A stretch of DNA of 63,118 bases, counting the filler, from Chiloscyllium plagiosum (lineage: Eukaryota), in the NCBI RefSeq assembly GCF_004010195.1. It is 5 parts of one record of this genome, joined end to end, with 100 filler letters (N's around TTAATTAATTAA, not from the genome) between each part and the next. Parts side by side here need not be neighbours in the genome. Positions count along the whole stretch, not along the records: positions 9,680 to 25,089 come from NC_057712.1; positions 25,190 to 42,271 come from NC_057712.1; 3 more parts are not named here. One strand, given 5' to 3'. The notes beneath the pieces are model-generated. The model had not been told where the DNA came from and ran no database searches. It worked only from the letters and a program-made list of their open reading frames with translations. How positions within the stretch are numbered: position 1 is the stretch's first letter; each line of letters begins with the position of its first letter. This document shows, in pieces, positions 23,086-35,204 of this stretch. The position numbers and the translations under genes were made by a program.

Positions 23086-25703
23086 TAGTTAATAACGTAA
23101 GGTTCATTCTAAACTTGTTCATTGAATATAAGTTTGTTATTGATTTTATAGCTACTTGAACTAAGCTTTCTACTTTGGTACTGAGTGGGTGTTCAGATAA
23201 GTTGGATATGGATGCTCAGGCAGTTGCTTGCTCCTCTTGCAGAATGTGGCTGGTGGAAGACATGGCACACGTCTCCGCTGGTGACATCCGCTGGGAAGTG
23301 CACCCAACTCCAGCTCCTTGAAAACCGTGTTAGGGATTTGGAACTGGAGCTGGATGAACTACGGATCATTCGGGAGACTGAGGAGGTAATTGAGAGAAGT
23401 TACCGGGAGTTGGTCACTCCTAAGGCTCAGGACAAGGATAAATGGGTTACAGTTAGGGGGAGGAAAGGGGACAGTCAGATAGTGCAGAGATCCCCTGTGG
23501 ATATTCCCCTCAGCAATAAGTATACCATTTTGGATACTGCTGGGGGGGGATGACCTACCAGAGGAAATCCATAGCAGTCAGTTCTCTGGCATTGAGTCTG
23601 ACACTGTGGCAAAGAAAGGAAGGGGGCAGAATAGAAAAGTACTCGTGGTAGGGGACTCGATAGTTAGACGAACAGAGTAGTGTTCTCTAGTTTACTAACG
23701 GTGCCACGAGATAGAGAGGCGAGGAACAGGGAGCGGGCGCAGCTTAATACGTGGCTGCGCAGCTGGTGTAGGAGGGAGGGCTTCAGATATGTAGATAATT
23801 GGGATGCCTTCTGGGGAAGGCGGGACCTGTACAAGAAGGATGGGTTGCATCTGAACTGGAAGGGGACTAATGTCCTGGGTGGAAGGTTTGCTCGAGTAGT
23901 TCAAGAGGGTTTAAACTAGTATGGCAGGGGGGTGGGAACCTGAGTTGTATACCGGAGGTGAGAGTTGATGCAGATGAGGCAATAGCAAGAGGTAGACCAG
24001 CTAGTGGGAAGGATTTTCCTGGCAAGGAACCTAGGTATCAGTTAAAGTGTGTTTGCCTTAACGCAAGGAGTATCAGAAATAAAAGTGACGAACTTAGAGC
24101 ATGGATCAGTACCTGGTGCTATGATGTTGTGGCCATAACAGAGACATGGATTTCTCTGGGGCAGGAATGGTTGCTGGATGTTCCAGGGTTTAGAGCTTTT
24201 AAAAAGAATAGGGAGGGTGGAAAAAGAGAAGGGGGTGTCGCACTACTAATCAGAGAGGGTATCACAGCTACAGAAGCTTCCATTGTCGAGGAAGATCTGC
24301 CTACCGAGTCAATATGGGTGGAAATTAGGAACAGCAAGTCACCTCTTTAGGGGCTTACTACAGGCCCCCCAGGGGAGATGGAAGAAAGCATAGGTTGGCA
24401 GATTTTGGAAAAGTGTGGACATAGTAGGGTTGTTGTAATGGGTGACTTTAACTTTCTCTATATTGATTGGAACCTCCTTCGAGCAGAAGATTTGAATGGA
24501 GCTGTTTTTGTAAGGTGTGTTCAGGAGGGTTTCCTAAATCAGTACGTTGACAGGCCCACGAGGGGAGAGGCCATTCTAGACTTAGTGCTCGGAAACTAGC
24601 CGGGGCAGGTATCAGATCTTGTGGTGGTAGTGACCACAACTGCCTCACATTCTACATAGCTATGGAGAAGGAGAGGATTAGGCAAAATGGGAGGATATTT
24701 AATTGGGGAAGAGGAAATTATGATGCGATTAGACATGAGTTAGGAAGCATGGATTGGGAGCAATTGTTCCATGGTAAAGGCACTATAGACATGTGGAGAT
24801 TGTTTAAGGAACAGTTGTTGCAAGTCCCACTGAGACAGGCAAGAAGTGGTAAGATAAAGGAACATTGGATGACGAGAGCGGTGGAGCTTCTCCTCAAAAG
24901 CAAAAAGGTAGCTTACATAAGGTGGAGGAAGCTAGGGCCAAACTCAGCTCTAGAGGATTACAGGCAGGTGAGGAAGGAGCTCAAAAATGGTCTGAGGAGA
25001 GCCAGGAGGGAGCACAAGAAAGGCTTGGCAGAACAGATTAGGGAGAGCACAAAGGCATTTTACACTTATGTGAGGAACAAGAGAATGGTNNNNNNNNNNN
25101 NNNNNNNNNNNNNNNNNNNNNNNNNNNNNNNNNTTAATTAATTAANNNNNNNNNNNNNNNNNNNNNNNNNNNNNNNNNNNNNNNNNNNNTCCAGTTCTGG
25201 TCGCCCTATTATAAGAAAGATGTAGATGCTTTGGAGCGGGTTCAGAGGAGGTTTACCAGGATGCCGGCAAGACTGGAGGGCTTATCTTATGAGGAGAGGT
25301 TGACTAAGCTTGGACTATTTTCATTGGAGAAAAGGAGGAGAAGAGGGGACCTAATTGAGGTATACAAGATAGTGAGACGCATAAATAGAGTCGATAGCCA
25401 GAGACTATTTCCCAGGGCAGAAATGATTAACACGAGGGGTCATAGTTTTAAGCTGGTTGGAGGAAAGTATAGAGGGGATGTCAGAGGTGGGTTCTTTACA
25501 CAGAGAGTTGTGAGAGCATGGAATGCGTTGCCAGCAGCAGTTGTGGAGGCAGAGTCATTGGGGACATTTAAGAGACTCCTGGACATGCATATGGTCACAG
25601 AGCTTTGAGGGTGCATACATGAGGATCAGTGGTCGGCACAACATCATGGGCTGAAGGGCCTGTGCTGTGCTGTACTGTTCTATGTTCTATGTTCTATGTT
25701 CTA
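23086..25703 (+). mobile_element. Near full-length CR1 LINE (ORF1 + ORF2, internal deletion, assembly gap)
   Basis: ORF1 zinc-finger remnant plus leucine zipper LQLLENRVRDLELELDELRIIRE and SGNH esterase VVGDSIVR / DGLHLN. ORF2 APE LKCVCLNARSIRNK..DVVAITETW, MGDFN, C-terminus, and a (ttctatg)n tail. Flanked by aaaac duplication inside a PLE repeat. Confidence 0.9.
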
Positions 25704-26106
25704 AAACATTAACTCTGTTTTTCTCTCGCCATAGATGCTGCTAGACCTACTGAGTTTCCCTAGCATCTTCTGGCTTTATTGTAGAGAGGCTCCTAGGTAT
25801 AGTGATCATCTGTACTGTATAGAGTCATTATGGAACAGAAGGACACTATTCAGTCCATTGAGTCCATGTAATCAAGTCATTCTCATTCCTCAGAACCCTG
25901 TAAACCAAAAAGTTTAATACACCTATTCAATTGCCTTTTGAAATATTTCATCGTCTTTACCATAATTATAGGGAGTGAATTCAAGATCATTCCCACTGCT
26001 GTGTAAAACATGGATCAGTACTTCTTATCCAAATCTCTGAATTCTTGCCCCCAAATTCTTTTAGATATTTTTAACTAACCTGTTCAGATATGTTATTACA
26101 AATATT

Positions 26107-27413
26107 ATGTGGGAAGCAAGAGAGGAAATTGCAGAGCCGTTGGCAATAATCTTTTCGTCTTCACTGTCAACGGGGGTGGTACCAGGGGACTGGAGAGTGG
26201 TGAATGTTGTGCCCCTGTTCAAAAAAGGGAATAGGGATAACCCCGGGAATTACAGGCCAGTTAGTCTTACTTCGGTGGTAGGCAAAGTAATGGAAAGGGT
26301 ACTGAGGGATAGGATTTATGAGTATCTGGAAAGACACTGCTTGATTAGGGAAAGCCAGCANNNNNNNNNNNNNNNNNNNNNNNNNNNNNNNNNNNNNNNN
26401 NNNNNNNNNNNNNNNNNNNNNNNNNNNNNNNNNNNNNNNNNNNNNNNNNNNNNNNNNNNNNNNNNNNNNNNNNNNNNNNNNNNNNNNNNNNNNNNNNNNN
26501 NNNNNNNNNNNNNNNNNNNNNNNNNNNNNNNNNNNNNNNNNNNNNNNNNNNNNNNNNNNNNNNNNNNNNNNNNNNNNNNNNNNNNNNNNNNNNNNNNNNN
26601 NNNNNNNNNNNNNNNNNNNNNNNNNNNNNNNNNNNNNNNNNNNNNNNNNNNNNNNNNNNNNNNNNNNNNNNNNNNNNNNNNNNNNNNNNNNNNNNNNNNN
26701 NNNNNNNNNNNNNNNNNNNNNNNNNNNNNNNNNNNNNNNNNNNNNNNNNNNNNNNNNNNNNNNNNNNNNNNNNNNNNNNNNNNNNNNNNNNNNNNNNNNN
26801 NNNNNNNNNNNNNNNNNNNNNNNNNNNNNNNNNNNNNNNNNNNNNNNNNNNNNNNNNNNNNNNNNNNNNNNNNNNNNNNNNNNNNNNNNNNNNNNNNNNN
26901 NNNNNNNNNNNNNNNNNNNNNNNNNNNNNNNNNNNNNNNNNNNNNNNNNNNNNNNNNNNNNNNNNNNNNNNNNNNNNNNNNNNNNNNNNNNNNNNNNNNN
27001 NNNNNNNNNNNNNNNNNNNNNNNNNNNNNNNNNNNNNNNNNNNNNNNNNNNNNNNNNNNNNNNNNNNNNNNNNNNNNNNNNNNNNNNNNNNNNNNNNNNN
27101 NNNNNNNNNNNNNNNNNNNNNNNNNNNNNNNNNNNNNNNNNNNNNNNNNNNNNNNNNNNNNNNNNNNNNNNNNNNNNNNNNNNNNNNNNNNNNNNNNNNN
27201 NNNNNNNNNNNNNNNNNNNNNNNNNNNNNNNNNNNNNNNNNNNNNNNNNNNNNNNNNNNNNNNNNNGAGTGGCAGAGTCAGAATCATTGGTGACCTTTAA
27301 GCGGCAATTGGATAGGTACATGGATGGGTGCTTAAGCTAGGATAAATGTTCGGCACAACATCGTGGGCCGAAGGGCCTGTTCTGTGCTGTATTGTTCTAT
27401 GTTCTATGTTCTA
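26107..27413 (+). mobile_element. CR1 LINE (RT start, gap, 3' end)
   Basis: WEAREEIAEPL..VPGDWRVVNVVPLFKKG.RDNPGNYRPVSLTSVVGK and a ttctatgttcta tail. Confidence 0.85.
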
Positions 27414-29334
27414 AATCTGTAGAGCAGGTGGGACTTGAACTCAGGTCCCCTGGTTCCTAGGGACACTACCATTATGCCACAAAAAACAAACCCCCACCCA
27501 CCCACAACCACCTACCAAGCTCCTTCACCATCAGTTAATATTAACAGTGTTGCTTTGTCCACTTGATCCAAACCCTTCACAATCATCATGCACAATTCAA
27601 TCAAATGTCCTCTCAAACACCTTGGTCCCAAGAAGAACAAACATAGTTTTTCCTTACTTTATGTAGATCCCATTTTGAGCTTGTTAATTGTCTTTGGATC
27701 CGCACTTATCTAGATAAGTGGGGAGTATTCTGTCACGTTCTTGACTTGTGCCTTAGAGATGTTGGACAGGCTTCATTGAGTCAGGAGTTGAGTTGCTCAC
27801 TGCAGGATTCCTAGTTTTTGGCCTATTCTTTTATACACATCATTTATGAATTGGGTCTGAACATAGTGGTTACTAATAAGATTGGCGCAGAATTGAGCAA
27901 GACATCCAAAGAAGCCTATCTTGACATTAGGAGCAACTCACTGCATCTTTTACGTATCTGAAACATTGAGGTGATTTGCCAATTAAGGTGGATATTGTTT
28001 GTTAATTACCTTAACTGCAAATTTTACCTCATTAATATGCAGGTTCATATCCTACCAATCCCACTGTGCAAACTAGACAGAGAGAATTCTTGGTGTGACA
28101 GCCAAAGTATGTATATAATGACTTCAGCTCACCACTGGATTTAAGCAGCCTCCATGTTAGTCAGCATGCAGTAAAATCTCAGGGAATGCTCCATGGGCAT
28201 CAGTTCCATGTACCCTTTGTTTATTAGCATCTGATAACTGCTAACCCCTCATTATGCTTGTGGCACCTCTCTGATACAATTTCAAGTGCTCAGGAAGCAG
28301 AACCTTGCATTAAGGGGTACACTGATAACTAACACCAATAACATTGCAGCAGGGATACTTTGCTCATGGACAGACATCCAGATCAGGTTTGGACAGGCTG
28401 CATTTCAAGGCTGCTCACTTGCTGTCTCAGCGCTCACTGACCATCTATGCCTCGCCATGTCGGCCTGTTAGCATGTTAGCCATTTGGACATTGAAAGGAC
28501 AAATAAATAAAGCATTTGATTGCAAGCTGCACCTACATTTAATTTGCAATCATTTCATCTTCCATTTGCAATGCATGCAGAGTGACCATCTTTAGGCTTG
28601 AAATGCTGGTCAAATGTGATGAATACCATGCCATTGGTCCTTGCAAACTGAGAACCCCCATCTCAAGAATGCATATATCAACGGCAATGAATTAAGCAGA
28701 AGGGAATCTAGTGATAAGCAACCCTTTCACTTATGAAGTTTGCAAGGATGCTGCAGGAGGTAAAGACAATTGCTTTATCCTTTGTGATGCAGATATTACC
28801 TTGGACTCTACTGAACGTGATGAAATGTTTCATGGTTCCTGAGTGTCTGAGATGGGAAGGGAGTCAGAGTGCTGCAGGCAGTCATTTTATGATTTAATAT
28901 GTTTGTCACTCAGCCATCGTGGTACAATTACCAAGTTGATGCCAATGCTGAGCCTGAAGGTAAATGAAAGCTGAATGGAGTCATGGCCTTTGTTATTAGG
29001 TTTCAGCATATCTGACTGTCAGCAGGATTGTGCTCAGCTCCCATCAGTAGGGCATGCTATCACTCCCTGTTCTCAGAGCTAAGAACCAAATCTGCTCCTT
29101 ATTTTCCCAACATAAATCACTGCAAACTGGAGTGATCTCCCTAGCCATTGATGGAATGTTAGCCATTGTGTCTGCTTTGTGAAGATGGACACAGGAGGTG
29201 AAGGGCCAACAACAATCCCAGAAGCAGCAACAAGCTGTAGCAAAGACTGAGACTTTCGGACAGACTTAACATCCTCAGGGACCCTCAAGGTGGTTTGGGA
29301 CTGGAGCGGGACCAGAATTTCTAATTCTCAACTT

Positions 29335-29905
29335 CATTTTCTGGGAATGAGTGAGGCTGTGTCAATTCAGGCTCCTGGTGCCCTGTAATGAATGCTGGAG
29401 TGGGGCTTGAGGGCTGCAGGAGAGGGAGGCCATCCTCTCCAAATGGCAGTGAAGCAAACAGCTGCTTGGACCTTCTATGTGACTGGTTCCTTCCAGAAAG
29501 GCCAATATCATAATACTGCACAGTTCATCAACAGGATGGGGTTCCCCTCAATCAATGATCAGATAATCTGTAATCTCTATTACCACTTCCTGGAGGTCTA
29601 TGCCCATTACCTGGCAATTACCATGATTGGAGCACCATGTACCTAGTGTGGTTGAGAAACCTAGTGAGGCATTTTACAGAGCTTGTTACTGGAGACAAGG
29701 GTTACCCACTTTGTCCATGACTCATGACCTAATTGCCCAAGCCCCTAACTCAGGCAGCGCACAGATAAAATGCTATCCATGTCTCAGGGATGCTGAAAAT
29801 TTGGTTCTAGCAGCTTGAACCAGTCTGAATATCCCTCCAGTATAGTCTGGAGAGAATGTGCTGCACCAGCCATGCTGTGCTTTGCACAACTGGAGTTTGA
29901 GGGAT
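29335..29905 (+). mobile_element. PIF/Harbinger (HARBI1-like, DDE_Tnp_4) transposase relic
   Basis: Collinear decayed motifs: FLGMSE, HPLQMAVKQTAAWTFYVTGSFQ, FINRMGFPSINDQIIC..FLEVYAHY, GDKGYPL (29691-29711), GMLK.WF, LQYS.ER, CCALHN (29873-29890). Stops, frameshifts and deletions are present. Confidence 0.8.
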
Positions 29906-30594
29906 GTGACAGATGGTCAGAGGTCGAAAGAATTGGAGCAGACTTCAAAGGGGGATGATATGAACATTGGAAAGGAGTAAGCTCTCTTTATGCAGGACTG
30001 CTGCATTAGGCACCACACATCAAACAGGATTGGACTGACACTGAGTTCCTGTAGGTGAGAGGTTAGTGCAACAGACCATCATAGAATGTGAAGTAGTTGT
30101 GGTCATCATGCAAGCATTTGCTGTGCATAGTGAGGTGAAATGCAGCAATGAATTGAATGTGTGAGGGAATGTCAACCATGCCCAGCTGTGTGCCATGTGC
30201 AGTGTGACTTTGTAGCCACTGTGCCATTATTTTGCTGGTAAGGGATAATGCCAATTTGCCAATGCTTGCCTGATTGTACAGTGGTCTTTGAAAGTTGGCA
30301 CATGCACCAGAGATATTGATCTTTCGGGGGATATCTGAGGAGTAGTAAACTATTCCAAGAAAGGCAGGTAGCAGGATGGGGCAAGAATTGTGTCAGAGGG
30401 GCAAGCTTTGTACTTAACGAGGCAAGTCTGGTAAGATAGAGCGAGAAAACGTTTTGTGACTTACTAAGAGAAATCTTCCATCAACCTTGACAACCTAGCA
30501 TTTATTAGCATTTTAACATAGTGCCAATCTCCTGCCTTTCCCATAGCCCTGCATTTTCTTCCTGTTTAAAGAATCATTGGAAACCATCAGTAAT

Positions 30595-30683
30595 TTTCCA
30601 GCCTCAAAAATACCCAATGACTTATTTCCAGCCACAAAAATACCCAATGACTTATTTCCAGCCTCAAAAATACCCAATGACTG
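30595..30683. repeat. 30-bp tandem repeat x3
   Basis: tttccagcctcaaaaatacccaatgactta repeated three times with 1-2 substitutions. Confidence 0.95.
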
Positions 30684-30819
30684 TTTCCTATTCCTTAGCA
30701 AGTTTTGTATTCACGCTGATAATGTCCCTTTCATTCCATGATCTATAATTTTCCTCACAAGGCTGTTGTGTGTCAATGTACAGAACAGGTATTCCATGTA
30801 CATCACAATAAAGAATTAC

Positions 30820-31450
30820 AATATTAAAGAACTGTAGTGATGCAGGAGACCATTCAACCCATCATGTCTGCTTGCACTGGCTCTGAGCATAATGCTGCTC
30901 GCTGCTTCAATTTCAATAATCTTCCAATATCCTCAATGCATCAACTAAGCTTGTCCCCATCACACTTCCAGGTAGTGTATAGCAACCACAGACTCCTTCT
31001 CAGAGGGAAAACAGATTTTCTCATCTCATGTTTGCTTCTTTTGCAAAATACCTTAAAGCTGTGCCCTGAGGGTCATGATCTATCTGAACAGCTTCTCCCT
31101 ATCTACATAGTCCAGATCCTGTGTGATTGTTAAAACCTCTGTCAAATGTCCCTTCAGCCTTTGCCTCTCCAAAGAGTACAGCCCCAGTGTCTCAAATCTA
31201 TCCTCATTACTCAGGTTTTTCATCCCTGGAACCATTTTTGTAAACCTCTTTGCTCTCTCATCAATATGTTCTAAATAGTGGCATCTGAACAAGACACAAT
31301 ACACAGCTGAGGTCTAACCAATGTCCTATATAGGTTCAGCATAATCTCCATGCTCTTGTTATCTATGCTCCTATTAATGAAGCCAAGTATGCTTTACTAG
31401 CAGTTCTGCCAATCCAGCTTCTTTTAATGAATTATGTACATGTATACCAT
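30820..31450 (-). mobile_element. CR1 3' fragment, decayed
   Basis: KRFTKMVPGMKNLSNEDRFETLGLYSLERQRLKGHL. Confidence 0.8.
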
Positions 31451-31559
31451 GCCCTCATCGAGCCTCTTTTTCACCCTCTTCAAAAAATTCCAGGAAATTT
31501 GATTTTCTTCTAAGAAATCCATGTTGACTCTATCAATTCTAGCTGTTCATCTTTCTTTC

Positions 31560-32016
31560 AGCAGTTGCTGTAAGCTGTGACTTTAACTCAGTGACCTTCC
31601 ATAAGTGAACCATCCAACTTGTGTCTCTTGCAATCTAATAGGAGCATCCAGAGAAAGATGAGTGAAAGGTCATGTTCTGACTAGCTCAAGAATCATAAGG
31701 ATCTCAGGAACCTGTGAATATGAACAACTGAACTGCCTCCAAGTTTTCCTCTGCGTTTTTTTTTACCCTGTCTATTTGTTTGCCTGTGTATAAGAGTGAA
31801 ATTTGTAAAGTGATTAGAGTTTTAATTTGTAGTGTTATATGTGGATGGTTTATAATTGTTCACCTGTAGCTAGAACCTAATTATTTGTTATAAATGTTAG
31901 GTACAGGAGCCTGGCCTGAATTGGATAAACTTATGTGCTTATTTTAAAATCTTAAACTCCTGTGATGACTCGAGAAATAGTGGGGCTTGATTTCTAGTGC
32001 ACTAGAAATCATAACA
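31560..32016 (+). mobile_element. Possible decayed LTR 3' part ending in CATAACA
   Basis: LTR-like terminus cataaca at 32010-32016 and T-rich interior. The 5' end was not identified. Confidence 0.35.
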
Positions 32017-32029
32017 CAGCATATTCCAC

Positions 32030-32305
32030 TCTGAGGTGCCTCAGTAAAATCTCATATTTTTGATATTCACAATATATATTCTATGTCAGGGACACACAGC
32101 ACAGAGAATTCTGTACACTTCCCAGACCCTGCCTTTCTCACAGAGCCTTAGATGGTTGCCTTTCCCTACTGCACCTTGGTGACAGCTGCCCCAAACTTTA
32201 GTGCATCCTTCAGCATGTCGACCTGGACTCTAGAATGTGCCAGTCAGCAACACTCAGTCAAGGTTAATTCTCTGAACTGGATGACCAGCACATTTTGGGC
32301 TGGCA
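32030..32305 (-). mobile_element. Tx1/L1-clade LINE ORF2 extreme C-terminus and 3' UTR
   Basis: Minus strand: LTLTECC*LAHSRVQVDMLKDALKFGAAVTKVQ*GKATI*, resembling Tx1-type ORF2 ends. Confidence 0.6.
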
Positions 32306-33599
32306 AGTTCCTGGATGGATGTTCTGTCAATTCATCATGATCCCATTCCTTACAATAACCTGTCAACAGGAGAATAATCCAACTCACATTGTTCTAAAGT
32401 ATACAAAGGAATTGAATATATACTTAGGACAGGTGGCAAAGAAGATGACAAAAAGATAGATTTTGTGTGGATTTTTAATGAATAAGTGGGAAATAAAGAC
32501 ACAAGGACCTAGACTATTTACTGTGCCATAGCACAGACTCTAAAAGGACAACCAACATGTCAATATTATGAATGGGACTCCTCTGTTCATTTCCAGAATT
32601 CTGTATTGCAGCCACATCCTTGAGATGTGTTGTCCTGATACTGACATTTAGCAATCTCTTCCCAATGCTAACCTGAGGTAAACTCAGACGTCATGTGATT
32701 TCTGACTTTGTTCAGGCCAGTCCAACACCAGTATTGCCACATCATAACCTGAAGTAACCAGAGGATTTTAGTGACTTTTCACTGCTTGCTTCAGGTCATT
32801 TTTTGCTCTAATTGTTCCAACGTCTTTGTAGCCAGGATGCAACTCCTGTTCAGTTATTACACTGCCCTTCACACATTGTACCTCCCCCAGTATGTGTAAA
32901 ATGAATAGTGAGGATATTACTGCCTGCATGCATAAATAGCTATAATCAGCAAACAGTATAATCGATCTGGAGCCCATGTAGGCACAATCCAATTTCGAGA
33001 TCCAATGTTTTTCATGGTGAAGCTATTAGAGAAATCATCCTAGGCTGAAAGGCATCAGACAACATTATGTCAACATGCCATACACCAGAGGCACAAAACA
33101 GGTTTTTCTGAACTTAGTTAAAGCTGAAGCAAACATTTGACATTATGTAATCTGATGTAGTTAACTTTGACACCCTAACTTCCTACAGCAATAGGTGGTA
33201 ATGTATGATAAAGTATTTGATCCATACATTGAAATTTATCGGGGCACTTGGAGCTATGAATGTGAGACCCTGAAAGAAATTAGTGTGTAAATATTTGTGA
33301 GTATTAATAACAGATTTTTTAAAAATTAAAAAATTTGCAGTAATGTATTGAATCAGTCCAATGTTTGCTTTTAATACTTATTTTGTTTGTTCGTGGGATG
33401 CAGGCATTACTGTCCAGGCCAAAATTTATTGCATCAATTCATTCAAGGACAATTAAGAGTCTATAATATTTCTGTCGGTTTGAAATTTCATGGAGACTAG
33501 ACCAGGTAAGGATTGTAATTCAAATTTCACTACTTGCTATTGTAAGATTTGATCACACATCCTCAGAATATTAAGCTGTTCTCTAGATTACTAGTCCAT

Positions 33600-34095
33600 A
33601 AGGCCACAAGGCATAGGTGCAGAAATTAGGCCATTCAGTCCATCAAGTCTGCTCCGCCATTCCATTATGGCTGATAAGTTTCTCAACCCCAATTTCCTGC
33701 TTTCTCCCCAAAACCCTTGATCCCCTTGATTCTCAAGAAGTCTTAAATATGCCACCACAGCTTTCTGTGGCAATGTTTTCCATAGATTCACCACACTCTG
33801 GCTGAAGAAGTTTCTCCTTATCTGCATTCTAAAAGGTCTTTCCTTTACTCGAAGACTATGCCCTCAGGTCCGAGTCTCTCCTACTAATAGAAACATCTTC
33901 CTAACATCTACTCTGTCCAGATCATTCAGTATTCAATTAGATCCCCCCTCATCCTTCTAAACTTTATCGATTATAGACCCAGAGTCCTCAAACATGCCTC
34001 ATATGTTAAGCCTTTCATTTCTGGAACCATTCTCATGAACCTTCTCTGAACACACACCAAGGCCAGTATGTCCTTCCTAAGATATGGGGCCCTAC
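33600..34095 (-). mobile_element. CR1 3' fragment
   Basis: MQIRRNFFSQSVVNLWKTLPQKAV plus 3' UTR. Same subfamily as 8340-9000. Confidence 0.8.
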
Positions 34096-34520
34096 ACTAC
34101 ACACAATGTCCATGAACATTACTACTATGCCATCACTTCCTTGAAACATGTATGTTTAGTTAGTCATATTATATCAACATTAATGATGAAAACTGGTACC
34201 TTTTGTAGAAAAGTCACAAATTCCTTGATTATAAAATTAAATGTGTTACATAAAGATGTTGTGAACTATCTATCTTTAGGGTAATTTGTGGTATTAAAGG
34301 CCTACAACTGACAGATCGAGTTAAATTTGAGACTATGCTAAAAAGTCTCATTAACATGTATAATGCACAATATTTACATGTATAAGATTAAGAGTGACTT
34401 TCCTATGGTGCATGATAAATAAATGTATTGAGGAATAATGAAGGAGAATGACAGCTTTTTCCTTCAAATTGTTATCTCATTGCTATGAGCATTTTTGAAA
34501 ATCTGGTTGATAGCATTATA

Positions 34521-34770
34521 GCTGAAAATGTGTTGCTGGAAAAGTGCAGCAGGTCAGGCAGCATCCAAGGAGCAGGAGAATCGACGTTTCAGGCATAAGC
34601 CCTTCTTCAGGAATGTAGAGGGAAGAAGGGCTTATGCCATTCCTGAAGAAGGGCTTATGCCCGAAACGTCGATTCTCCTGCTCCTTGGATGCTGCCTGAC
34701 CTGCTGCGCTTTTCCAGCAACACATTTTCAGCTCTGATCTCCAGCATCTGCAGTCCTCACTTTCTCCTCC
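34521..34770. mobile_element. Minimal non-coding PLE family A insertion (inverted repeat pair) with 14-bp TSD
   Basis: TSD ttgatagcattata at 34507-34520 and 34771-34784. Arms 34520-34615 and 34638-34733 are near-perfect reverse complements. Confidence 0.9.
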
Positions 34771-35204
34771 TTGATAGCATTATACCATAGATTTAGGAAG
34801 TCTGCAAAGATCTATTTTACCTATAGCTTCAGGATCGGTAAATTGTCCTTGATTCACCACTCTACTGGCACACTAATCTGACTCGGCTTTCAGTAGGCAG
34901 CTGTAAGAGCTTTCAGTTTACTGTCTTTAATACTATATTTCCAGGTGCAAAGGTATCAACACCCTGTAACCAGCTGAATGCAATAAGCCTTTCAGTGATC
35001 ATGTTTCATCACACATGATCTTTCACATTATATTCTAACCATAAATATTCAATTACAAAACAAAACGGAAAATACTTTGAAAAGGTTAAATGGTGTTAGC
35101 TAAAAGGGTCTTTAAATAATATAAATCTAAGCAGAACAGAACTGAAAATAAGATTAGCAGATGTACCTTAGACAGGATAAGGAATAAGACATGGGTATAG
35201 GGTC

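Noticed and set aside
26107..27321. Longest ORFs in the track (397, 384, 323 aa) and other X-rich ORFs
   Set aside because: They are open only because they run through N gaps; the real part is CR1 ORF2.
30595..30683. Regular 30-bp repeats as a possible CRISPR array
   Set aside because: Head-to-tail units with no unique spacers in a vertebrate genome: a simple tandem duplication. The 21-bp doublets at ~21046 and ~60777 are likewise simple duplications.
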